Part shown: piece by piece, positions 56,122-64,000 of the stretch
Position numbering within the stretch: position 1 is the stretch's first letter
Layout: each line of letters begins with the position of its first letter
IMG/VR virus record: IMGVR_UViG_3300032246_001892
Coordinates: 1 to 64,000 of that record
Direction: 5' to 3' (one strand)
Length of the DNA: 64,000 bases
DNA from: a virus
Notes under the pieces: model-generated
Told to the model about the DNA's origin: nothing
The model's database searches: none
Seen by the model: only the letters and a program-made list of their open reading frames with translations
Made by a program: the position numbers and the translations under genes

Positions 56122-57510
56122 TCACCCCTCATCGTCTAAATTTTCTATAAGATTAAGAGTATCAGCGATACTTTGAATACCTGATGTTGCTGATCCTGGT
56201 ATATTTCTCCTAGAAGAATTAAATGATTGTGACACACTATCCGGATCACTAAGGATTAATGTAGGATAATCAATTTCTAATACGGTATGACATTCCCTCG
56301 GACCAAAACGATTTTTAGTAATACCAAGATGAATAATGCCCAATTCAAAATCCTCTTCTTCCGTCCAAATAGAGAATTGTGCATCTGCTGTATGAGCTAG
56401 TCCCATAGATTCTGACATGGTCTCTAATCCAGGGTTTGATTCTCCATAGGCAGATCTATTAGTCTGAGTCGCAGAAATTACCGGACATTCAAACCAATAA
56501 GACATGGCTCTAATTATTTCTGTAATCTTTTTAATAGACTCATAAGAGTTATGTCCCTTTTCTGGAGGTGCTACTAGATTTAAGTAATCTAATACAATAG
56601 CATCTGGCTTAATACCTTTCTTAACCAATCTTTCAATATAGGTTTTAATTTGTATTGGAGTAACACTTTGAGGAGGAAATTCTTTAATAATAAGCTTGGC
56701 ATCTTGATGTTTTAATTTATATGCATTTAATGAATCCTTAAGAGGTTCAATCTGCATAGGTAAATCATTCATAGCAATGCGAGACAATTGAGAACTAATA
56801 CGTTTTGCGTATACTTGCTCTGCCATCTCCAAAGTAATAAGGACAACGGTTTTATTCTGACTAAGAATATTCGTAGCGATGTTCCCTAAGAATATAGACT
56901 TACCTACGTTCGTGACTCCATAGAACACATAAAGAGCTCTACCTTCTGCCATGAAACCGCCACCAATTTTATCATCTAACCATTTCCATCCCGAAGGAAT
57001 GGTTTTAAATACCTTCTGTAAATCCTCACAATGAGAGTCTACACTTTCTAAATAATCTAAACCGTAACTTTCAACTAAAGATATACCACAAGCCTTTTCA
57101 AAATCTTCTAATATTTTAGTAGAATCTATTTGACCGGATTGTACATCTATAGAGGTTTTAAGAACTGTATTATATACAGCTTTTTCTTTGAGAAATCTTT
57201 CAGTATTCTTTAATAAGACTTCTTTGTCATAGGTTTTATCAATGCTACTAAAGCTCAAAGCAACATCTCTAAGAGCATCTCTTTTTTCTGGTTCAACTAA
57301 ATGAACCTTAAGCTCTGTAACATTAGGTACTTTATTATACGTTTCGTAATAACTACTCAGTGCTTCAAACACTACCTTAATATTCTTGTCCTGGAAATAA
57401 GAAGGTTTTGCATGTTCTATGATACTTTCCAAATATATTGGATCCATCAAAGAATTGTAAATAACAATCTTTTCAAAAAGACTTAAATCTAAAGGTAGTG
57501 TTTTACTCAC
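56122..57510 (-). CDS. Replicative helicase (T4 gp41/DnaB-like)
   Basis: GVTNVGKS, TLEMAE, LDYLNL, SATQTNR, SES.G..HTAD, KNRFG. Confidence 0.93.
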   Translation of the reverse strand: MSKTLPLDLSLFEKIVIYNSLMDPIYLESIIEHAKPSYFQDKNIKVVFEALSSYYETYNKVPNVTELKVHLVEPEKRDALRDVALSFSSIDKTYDKEVLLKNTERFLKEKAVYNTVLKTSIDVQSGQIDSTKILEDFEKACGISLVESYGLDYLESVDSHCEDLQKVFKTIPSGWKWLDDKIGGGFMAEGRALYVFYGVTNVGKSIFLGNIATNILSQNKTVVLITLEMAEQVYAKRISSQLSRIAMNDLPMQIEPLKDSLNAYKLKHQDAKLIIKEFPPQSVTPIQIKTYIERLVKKGIKPDAIVLDYLNLVAPPEKGHNSYESIKKITEIIRAMSYWFECPVISATQTNRSAYGESNPGLETMSESMGLAHTADAQFSIWTEEEDFELGIIHLGITKNRFGPRECHTVLEIDYPTLILSDPDSVSQSFNSSRRNIPGSATSGIQSIADTLNLIENLDDEG

Positions 57511-57546
57511 TCAGTTATAATAGTTAAAAGAAACAATAAAGCAATC

Positions 57547-57732
57547 TTATTTTGATCCCCAACTAGTCCCATTAAAGAGACCAGAAAACCCAGTTGTAGG
57601 TGTATTACCTATAGCAGCGGCACTCGGAGGCTGAGGATTAATAATTCTTGCAATTTCTTGTATTTCTACATCGTCTTGTAATCTACTGGCTGGTAGATGG
57701 TTTAATATATCTTTTAATTGTTGATATGTCAT
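57547..57732 (-). CDS. Small hypothetical protein
   Basis: MTYQQLKDIL..L..DV ORF following queD. Confidence 0.55.
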   Translation of the reverse strand: MTYQQLKDILNHLPASRLQDDVEIQEIARIINPQPPSAAAIGNTPTTGFSGLFNGTSWGSK

Positions 57733-57735
57733 AAA

Positions 57736-58236
57736 TTATACTCCTTGTCTTTTGGGCTGAGATGGACTTCCGTAACTAACAGAATGAACTGATACTGGTT
57801 TAGATTTTTCAAAAAGAGCAGAATTATTTTCATGTTCAAAAACTTCTACTTTCTCCACCCAACATCTATCACCCGTTGTCGTTCTAATATAATCATTCAT
57901 CTGATTGAAGCACCATTCTGCGGTTTTTTCAATACCAACAGACTCCATGATTCTGAGTTGGCATCCTCTTTGATTGTTAAGTTCTTGCCAAAATGGAAGT
58001 AAAGGATCGTCCTGTGCCACACAAAGAGTGTGATCAAATTGATCATTTAGAATTTTTTTAATTTCTTTAAGACCTCCAAAATCAACCACCCAATTCTTTT
58101 CATCTAAGGTATTGGCACCAAACCAGAACTTTGCTCTGAGTTGGTAACCATGAATAAATTGACAATGGCTATGGACTGCCCTCCATTGACGGAAGGCACA
58201 AGATCCTAATTCTATAATTTTGGTAGATGTATACAT
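57736..58236 (-). CDS. queD: 6-carboxytetrahydropterin synthase / PTPS (start MYTST at 58236)
   Basis: HCQFIHGY, WVVDFG.LK, FDH, E, VEVFE..NSA. Confidence 0.88.
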   Translation of the reverse strand: MYTSTKIIELGSCAFRQWRAVHSHCQFIHGYQLRAKFWFGANTLDEKNWVVDFGGLKEIKKILNDQFDHTLCVAQDDPLLPFWQELNNQRGCQLRIMESVGIEKTAEWCFNQMNDYIRTTTGDRCWVEKVEVFEHENNSALFEKSKPVSVHSVSYGSPSQPKRQGV

Positions 58237-58237
58237 T

Positions 58238-59431
58238 TTATTCTTCCTCCGTTTCAGAATATAAAACATTATCAACTGGTGTTAATGTCTCTGAGATTGT
58301 GTCTTCAGAGTCTGTATCTTCAACAGTCAAAGAATCATTATTAAAACAAAGCTTTGTTCGTAATTTCTCTTCTAATGCTGGTAGAATTTTATCCCAAACT
58401 TTAACATCGGTTTTCCAATCTTTAAAGAATCCTAACATTTCTCCATTGAACGTATGACGATGACCTTGTTTTTCTACAACACCGTAACCTTCACACATCT
58501 CGAGTAATCCTGAATATCTATTGAGACCGGTCCTAAAGTTTAGATACATCTCTGTCTCTAAATAAGGTGGCACAAATCGATTCTTAGTTGTAAAGGCTCT
58601 AAGGGTCAAACCATTAATGTCTTTGGATAAAGGAGTAACATCTGTATTGGAATCTTTATTCTTACTATCACTTGATCTTTCAGCTTTCTTAGCCATCTGA
58701 ACAATAACGGATGCCATATAAAGAGGTCCGGATCCACCAGCCTGCTTCTTAATTGCTGAAGGATGCATCTGCGATGGATCTTCGTATATATGATTAGTAA
58801 ATACTACTGGGCAATTAGCTTTGGCTGCTGAATGAGTAATTGCTCTCATCATACTCTTAAGAGCTTTTGCCCTATTACCCATATCTGGAGTATCACTTCC
58901 TTCATCTATCTTCTTCTTTTCTTGTGTAGTAATAAGATTACCAAGAGAATCAATAACGATAAGAACCTTGCCGTGTAATTTCTTCTCAACAACGTTTTCT
59001 AAAAACTTGACGATTTGATTTCTACATCCTTCGGTAATTTCTGTAGGTATGTGTTTAATCTTAGAAGGATCACATCCAAGTCTTGATGCAGTACTTTCAT
59101 CCAAAGCTCCCTCTGTATCAAAATATGCAATATGCATACCTTTCTTTTGTGCATTGGCCATGACCTTATTGCACATAAGAGTCTTACCACAAGATTCTGG
59201 TCCAATGAATCCCGTAAGTCTACCCATAGGGATTCCTCCATATATAGAACCTGAGATAATAGCATTAAGAGCCATTGAACCGGTATCAATCCATTCCTTA
59301 ACTGTAGATAAACTATTCTTATCTAAATAAGATGCCTCAGGATTAAGATCCTCTAAAACCTTAAAAGCATCTTCAATGCTTCCACTACTTGTTTCTTCTA
59401 CGTCTGCTTCGTTTTTCTTTTTGTATGCCAT
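58238..59431 (-). CDS. uvsX: UvsX/RecA-like recombinase (start MAYKK at 59431)
   Basis: IDTGSMALN..GGIPMGR..GPESCGKT, FDTE, IDSLG, TNH, KNRF. Confidence 0.92.
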   Translation of the reverse strand: MAYKKKNEADVEETSSGSIEDAFKVLEDLNPEASYLDKNSLSTVKEWIDTGSMALNAIISGSIYGGIPMGRLTGFIGPESCGKTLMCNKVMANAQKKGMHIAYFDTEGALDESTASRLGCDPSKIKHIPTEITEGCRNQIVKFLENVVEKKLHGKVLIVIDSLGNLITTQEKKKIDEGSDTPDMGNRAKALKSMMRAITHSAAKANCPVVFTNHIYEDPSQMHPSAIKKQAGGSGPLYMASVIVQMAKKAERSSDSKNKDSNTDVTPLSKDINGLTLRAFTTKNRFVPPYLETEMYLNFRTGLNRYSGLLEMCEGYGVVEKQGHRHTFNGEMLGFFKDWKTDVKVWDKILPALEEKLRTKLCFNNDSLTVEDTDSEDTISETLTPVDNVLYSETEEE

Positions 59432-59448
59432 ATAATATATAATAACAA

Positions 59449-59483
59449 AAAACCTCAGAAAGTCAAAGACTTTCTGAGGTTTT
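59449..59483. terminator. Perfect 16-bp hairpin, likely terminator; overlaps a TTGACT -35-like hexamer upstream of uvsX
   Basis: aaaacctcagaaagtc-aaa-gactttctgaggtttt. Confidence 0.8.
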
Positions 59484-59510
59484 CCTGGTTTCTTTTTTTT
59501 TAACGATCGA

Positions 59511-59903
59511 TTACTCGTCAAAAAGATTCACGACACCACCTGTAGGTGCTCCTGATACACCACCGGCTGGAACAAAGAGGTTACTCTTGTTGAACATCTG
59601 GCTGTACTGAGCCTGAAGTCTGAAATCGATGGCATCGATGTCGGCCTCGGTGATGTTGTCCTTCTTGTAGAGGAATACCACGTCACCAGTCTTATCAGGG
59701 AGAAACTCTCTGAAGAAGATAGGAAGGAGTTGAACAGACATTCTTCCGCTCTGATCCTGTGGCACTACGTTGAGGACAACTGGGTTCTTTAATGCAAGAA
59801 CCTTGTCGGTTGTCTTTTCAAGAACCGTCTCGCCCAAAATGGTGCGACCTACGGTATCTAATATGGTTGTTAATGTTGTTGTTGTTGTTGTTTCTTCACT
59901 CAT
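59511..59903 (-). CDS. Hypothetical protein
   Basis: 130-aa ORF with many C/G-ending codons. Confidence 0.75.
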   Translation of the reverse strand: MSEETTTTTTLTTILDTVGRTILGETVLEKTTDKVLALKNPVVLNVVPQDQSGRMSVQLLPIFFREFLPDKTGDVVFLYKKDNITEADIDAIDFRLQAQYSQMFNKSNLFVPAGGVSGAPTGGVVNLFDE

Positions 59904-59933
59904 GGGTTTTAATATTATACTTGTACTGAATTA

Positions 59934-60584
59934 TTATTCAAGAGGCAAATTCCAATTTAATGCTTCTGAAATATTTGGAAATGCATCTATAAAAATATTT
60001 TTAATATCATTGGCAATTTCTCTATGCTCTTTTTGAGTATCTTCATTACATCTAAGATCTATATAATGTATCCAACTTCTCAAGGTGCCACTCATATACA
60101 AAGTTGTTTGAGTACAAAGAGGTAAAACCATTCTTGCACATTCTTTAGCAACTCCTTTAGATAAAAGCTTTTCATATAAAGAAGCACCCTGGATAAGATG
60201 ATTTTTAACAGCTTCTTTATCCTCACCTAAATCTAATAAATTCGTACTAGATTGTCTGTTCTTTTCAGACTGTTCTCTAATTTCAAATGATTCAAAATTA
60301 GTAACACTACTATACCGTTGACTAAATTCTTGAAACGCAAAACTTCTATGTCTTAAAATTTGTGCTGCTATTGCACGAGATGTTTGGATCTCAACCGTTG
60401 CACTTACCATTTCTAATGGACTCCAGTGTTTATGTTTTATCAAATACTTTAACAGTTTAGGTGCTGTTTGAGTATTCATTTGATTATCCGGATTGGATAC
60501 TCTAGCACAATAACTAACAAAGTCTTCTGCTGATTCTAAACCTTCTATTAAAGGTTGAGTTATACCTACTAGTCTCACTTGCAT
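59934..60584 (-). CDS. thyX: Flavin-dependent thymidylate synthase
   Basis: ARVSN, HWSPLE, QILRHRSFAFQEFSQRY, ECAR.VLP, R..QKEHR. Confidence 0.95.
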   Translation of the reverse strand: MQVRLVGITQPLIEGLESAEDFVSYCARVSNPDNQMNTQTAPKLLKYLIKHKHWSPLEMVSATVEIQTSRAIAAQILRHRSFAFQEFSQRYSSVTNFESFEIREQSEKNRQSSTNLLDLGEDKEAVKNHLIQGASLYEKLLSKGVAKECARMVLPLCTQTTLYMSGTLRSWIHYIDLRCNEDTQKEHREIANDIKNIFIDAFPNISEALNWNLPLE

Positions 60585-61444
60585 AAAATATTCTCCTTGA
60601 AAAATAAAATGTTATTTTCAATACATGATAATTGTTCTTCGTTCACTTCTTCTTCAAATATATGAACCATTTTCTCTATAATTTTATGTTCTAGATTAGA
60701 AGCTCTCTCATAATTCTTATTATTGAATCCCATTAATACTGGATGAGATGTATCTATGGTTTCTATGAAAGAATAAAGATCACCTGTATAATTTATAAAT
60801 TCTGTTGGTAACCCACAACCTAGTAAATGGTGTGATTTTGTATAGTCTATAATACCGTCATCTATAAATCTCTTAAGAAGCTGAGGTCTAAAGGTAGCAA
60901 ATGCTGTTGGTTTCCATACTTCTTTTAATTTCTTTTTATTTTTTAAAGGATTATCTGTAATTGCTTTATATATAGATTCTTCACAATTCTCTAATGCTTG
61001 CTGCCAATAATAGTCATAACCAAAGCTAATTGCTATCTTATCAGCATATTGAGACATGAATAAATAGGAATCTTTTAATTCCTGGTAATTCTTTCCCTGA
61101 ATAACTCCTATGCGTGTACCTCTTGCTGAATGAGTATCAAATTTACCTAGGAACTGTTCAAAACATTTAACATTAGCTTCATAATCTTGAAATACATCCG
61201 GAATTATATATTCATCTGGCTCTAATTGAAGAACCCAATTAAAAAATAAATCGTGATTATATGCTTCACCAAGCTCATAGAGACTATTATCTAAAATAAT
61301 TTTACGCCCCATCTTTTTAGACTCAAAGAAAAAGTCTCTATATTCTTTGCTTTCTTCAAGTAAATGAACTAAAGCATAGTCATAATCCGTTAATTCACGG
61401 ACTCTCTTCATTATTTTTAAAGGTGCTTCATGTGCTACTAACAT
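60575..61444 (-). CDS. TGT/DpdA-like TIM-barrel protein (putative 7-deazaguanine transglycosylase)
   Basis: IILDNS, IIPDV, GVIQG, HHLLG and TIDTS in the TGT-family order; folE2 and queD nearby. Confidence 0.55.
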   Translation of the reverse strand: MLVAHEAPLKIMKRVRELTDYDYALVHLLEESKEYRDFFFESKKMGRKIILDNSLYELGEAYNHDLFFNWVLQLEPDEYIIPDVFQDYEANVKCFEQFLGKFDTHSARGTRIGVIQGKNYQELKDSYLFMSQYADKIAISFGYDYYWQQALENCEESIYKAITDNPLKNKKKLKEVWKPTAFATFRPQLLKRFIDDGIIDYTKSHHLLGCGLPTEFINYTGDLYSFIETIDTSHPVLMGFNNKNYERASNLEHKIIEKMVHIFEEEVNEEQLSCIENNILFFKENILCK

Positions 61445-61465
61445 ATCTTTGTTTATTATACTCCA

Positions 61466-63808
61466 TTAACTGAACAAATCAAATAAATCTGTACATACTT
61501 CTGCACTCATTGAAGGCAGATTCCATCCAATACACTCATATACTCTTTGAATAGGTGGTGCTACTATTTTATCAAACATTAACTGATGGTTAATTTTAAT
61601 GAAATCATTAAGCTCTGGAGGATATTGATCTATAAAAGCCATTACTTTAAAATTGTAAGGGTTCTTAGAGGCATAAAAGTATTTCATTTTCATACCGCTG
61701 GTAATAGATTCATATACATTATCTATATTATGCTTCTTGAGGAGCCCATTATAATGAATAGCAGCCTTGGCATGAATGGGTGTGCCTTTACCTATCTTAC
61801 CAAAACTATCCACTTTAGCTTCTTGTTTCTCGATATCCGAAATCTTACTACGAATAGAGATATCTTCCGCCTTCATTTCTTTAAAATTCTCATATGCATC
61901 TCTAAAGATTTCATTAGATCTCTTTTTATCTTCGACAAGCATTGCGGATTCGATTACATTTTTAATTAATTTCTTAACTGTATCGGAAATAGATGACCGT
62001 GCTACTTCAACTCCTACATACTTAAAAGGATCTTTTGGTGTATATCCTTCTTTATCTAATACGTGAAGTATATATCTCTTCTTTTCCATGAAGAGACCCA
62101 CATCACATATAGTCTCCTGCTTAAAGACAAAACGTGCATCTGTAGATTTTAATTCATTTATAGCCCATACAATAATTTCTCTATTAAGATACTCATCAAT
62201 TTCCTTGGCTACTTCTCTTGCCTCAGTAGATAGCTTGCCTTCCTTAATAAGATCTACATTCAAGTGTGATAAAATAGGTTGCATAGAAAAATAACAACTA
62301 TCCGTATCACCATAAAGGTATATATTCTCCTTACCCACTTTACATCCCTTCTCAATTGCATATTTATAAACTATTTCTGCTGCTTGTTTAACAACCGCTT
62401 GGCCGGTGAGAGTAATACTAGCTGAGTGATCTATATCAAAAAGAGGAGAATACTTTTGTGCAAATACTCCGTAAATGGAATTCAACACGAGCTTATAAAC
62501 ATTCTGTAGAGTATCTAAATTAAGAATCTCTTCTTCAATTTTATCTCTTTCGGTTTTATCCTTTACCGAAGATACCATCTTCTCTCTTTTAATCATCTCA
62601 TTCTTGGCTTCTACTCTCTCATTATAAAGACGATCAATGAGATTAGGAATGACTCCTTTAAATTTTTGAGTATAAAGAACATTGTATTTGGATATCGAAA
62701 GGCTCTCCTTTTGGACCAGTCTATTGAATTTCTCTTCTGATAAAGTAACCGTTTTCTCATTAGCTAACTTTATAGTATATTCTCCATCCTGACTATTGAT
62801 AACTTTACCTATCTTAGTCTCTGGAGATATGTTCAAGGTGATAATGGTATTAGGATATAGACTGTTAGCATCATAACTAACAACTGCCTTGCTTAAACCT
62901 CTTTCTGGTTCATGAACGTATCCACCTACATACTCATCTCTCACTCCGTCATTCTTAAAGGTAGGTATTTTATATCCTTGAATAGCTGCTTGATGAGCCA
63001 CTGCACCTGTAATCATGGATACCTTACCCATAGATTGTTCAAAAGGTATAAATCCTTTGTATGAAAGTGTGCGAATGAGTTTAATAAATTTGAGCTTCTC
63101 ATCCAACTTTACAAGTATTCTTACGTCTTGAATATTGTAATCTACAAATAACTCCCAATTATCAATTGATAATTGAGCCAGGTTTGCTCCTCCAGTATCT
63201 ATTTTACCTTCTTTTAATTCGTATTCGCCAATGAAATTCAAAGCATAAGATTCTCTATCGCCTCTTGTAAAGGTTCTATAAACTTCCATGTAATCAATAT
63301 TACTAACTCCTCTAATGTACCAACGATTGATCATCTTACCAAATTTATTCATAGCTACATTCTCTCTATAATAAAGGGAATTAACTGGTGATAATCTTGC
63401 AGCATCTTCTTCACCAAATAAATTATGAAGTCTATTCATAATGTAAGGAATATCAAATCCTTCGCCGTTCCATGTACTAAGAATATCGGGAGGCTCCTTC
63501 TCCCAGAAAGAAAGAAATGCCTGAAGCATGTCTGTTTCTTTCGGATGACAGAAATATGTTACATTACTATCTTTAGGTGTATAAGGTTTCTGACCCCATG
63601 AATAATATTTCTCCTCAATAGTATCATAAATGGTAATGAGATTGATAGGGTAGTCTGCCTTTTCAGGTTCAGGAAAAGAACTGTCATTTGCATAACAGGA
63701 ATCTTTATATTCTACCCATTTTTTCTTTTTTTCGTCCCATACTTCGTAATCATCTCTCAAGGACTTATTATTCCTAATATCCCCCAATGTTATAATTTGT
63801 TCTTCCAT
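61466..63808 (-). CDS. Family B DNA polymerase lacking its N-terminal domain and ExoI motif
   Basis: WNGEGFDIPY (ExoII), YNIQDV (ExoIII), YDANSLYP, KLVLNSIYG, YGDTDS, KKRY, C-terminal DLFDLF. Confidence 0.93.
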   Translation of the reverse strand: MEEQIITLGDIRNNKSLRDDYEVWDEKKKKWVEYKDSCYANDSSFPEPEKADYPINLITIYDTIEEKYYSWGQKPYTPKDSNVTYFCHPKETDMLQAFLSFWEKEPPDILSTWNGEGFDIPYIMNRLHNLFGEEDAARLSPVNSLYYRENVAMNKFGKMINRWYIRGVSNIDYMEVYRTFTRGDRESYALNFIGEYELKEGKIDTGGANLAQLSIDNWELFVDYNIQDVRILVKLDEKLKFIKLIRTLSYKGFIPFEQSMGKVSMITGAVAHQAAIQGYKIPTFKNDGVRDEYVGGYVHEPERGLSKAVVSYDANSLYPNTIITLNISPETKIGKVINSQDGEYTIKLANEKTVTLSEEKFNRLVQKESLSISKYNVLYTQKFKGVIPNLIDRLYNERVEAKNEMIKREKMVSSVKDKTERDKIEEEILNLDTLQNVYKLVLNSIYGVFAQKYSPLFDIDHSASITLTGQAVVKQAAEIVYKYAIEKGCKVGKENIYLYGDTDSCYFSMQPILSHLNVDLIKEGKLSTEAREVAKEIDEYLNREIIVWAINELKSTDARFVFKQETICDVGLFMEKKRYILHVLDKEGYTPKDPFKYVGVEVARSSISDTVKKLIKNVIESAMLVEDKKRSNEIFRDAYENFKEMKAEDISIRSKISDIEKQEAKVDSFGKIGKGTPIHAKAAIHYNGLLKKHNIDNVYESITSGMKMKYFYASKNPYNFKVMAFIDQYPPELNDFIKINHQLMFDKIVAPPIQRVYECIGWNLPSMSAEVCTDLFDLFS

Positions 63809-64000
63809 GTTTCTCTTAAATTTTTAAAACGGTTCCAAACATAATGTGATTTACTTTTTATATATTCTTCAAAAGCTTTATCAGACATTGAAGCAAGTCT
63901 TTTGCCTGTTATCTCATTCTGATTGGTTTTCTTTCCTTTTTTGGAAAGAGATATTTTCTTTCCTCTCATTATATGATCAACATTAGAGTTATGCAAACTT
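63790..64000 (-). CDS. C-terminal end of a putative homing endonuclease (truncated by the window edge)
   Basis: Basic NUMOD3-like RGKKISLSKKGKK; frame open to the window end; overlaps the pol ATG. Confidence 0.45.
   Translation of the reverse strand, partial: SLHNSNVDHIMRGKKISLSKKGKKTNQNEITGKRLASMSDKAFEEYIKSKSHYVWNRFKNLRETWKNKL

Noticed and set aside
20362-59431. Inteins in terminase, helicase, UvsX or NrdA
   Set aside because: Lengths are normal and no Hint or LAGLIDADG motifs were seen
1-64000. Stop-codon reassignment
   Set aside because: Conserved genes are full length in the standard code, TAA, TAG and TGA all end genes, and no suppressor tRNA was found

Overview
An AT-rich 64 kb segment of a large T4-like (myovirus-type) dsDNA phage, read in the standard genetic code. 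From start to end it holds: (1) an early region of small ORFs, each behind a repeated sigma70-type promoter cassette (1-6.2 kb, including cysC); (2) a lysis-like module (6.3-8.2 kb); (3) a tRNA region (10-17.6 kb) with 10 apparently intact tRNAs, one chimeric tRNA, several orphan tRNA 5' and 3' fragments and four endonuclease genes directly abutting tRNAs, plus purA; (4) nucleotide metabolism (hpt, dCMP deaminase, nrdA/nrdB, phoH, dNMP kinase, thyX); (5) virion genes (neck, sheath, tube, tape measure, baseplate, terminase, a two-gene gp5-like spike); (6) a minus-strand replication block (clamp, gp32-like SSB, DHH protein, helicase, UvsX/RecA, PolB) interleaved with 7-deazaguanine genes (folE2, queD and a TGT/DpdA-like ORF). 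The most notable observations are: tRNA genes apparently invaded and replaced by nuclease-plus-tRNA cassettes, including one tRNA split around a ~0.95 kb cargo; two rare A34-anticodon tRNAs (Ser-ACT, Ala-AGC); widespread leaderless gene starts behind both early (TTGACA..TAGAAT) and late-type (TAARTA) motifs; a PolB ORF lacking its N-terminus and ExoI motif, overlapped by a putative endonuclease; and a probable protease-processed virion polyprotein carrying a nucleotidase. All protein assignments come from motif recognition by eye; no searches were run.
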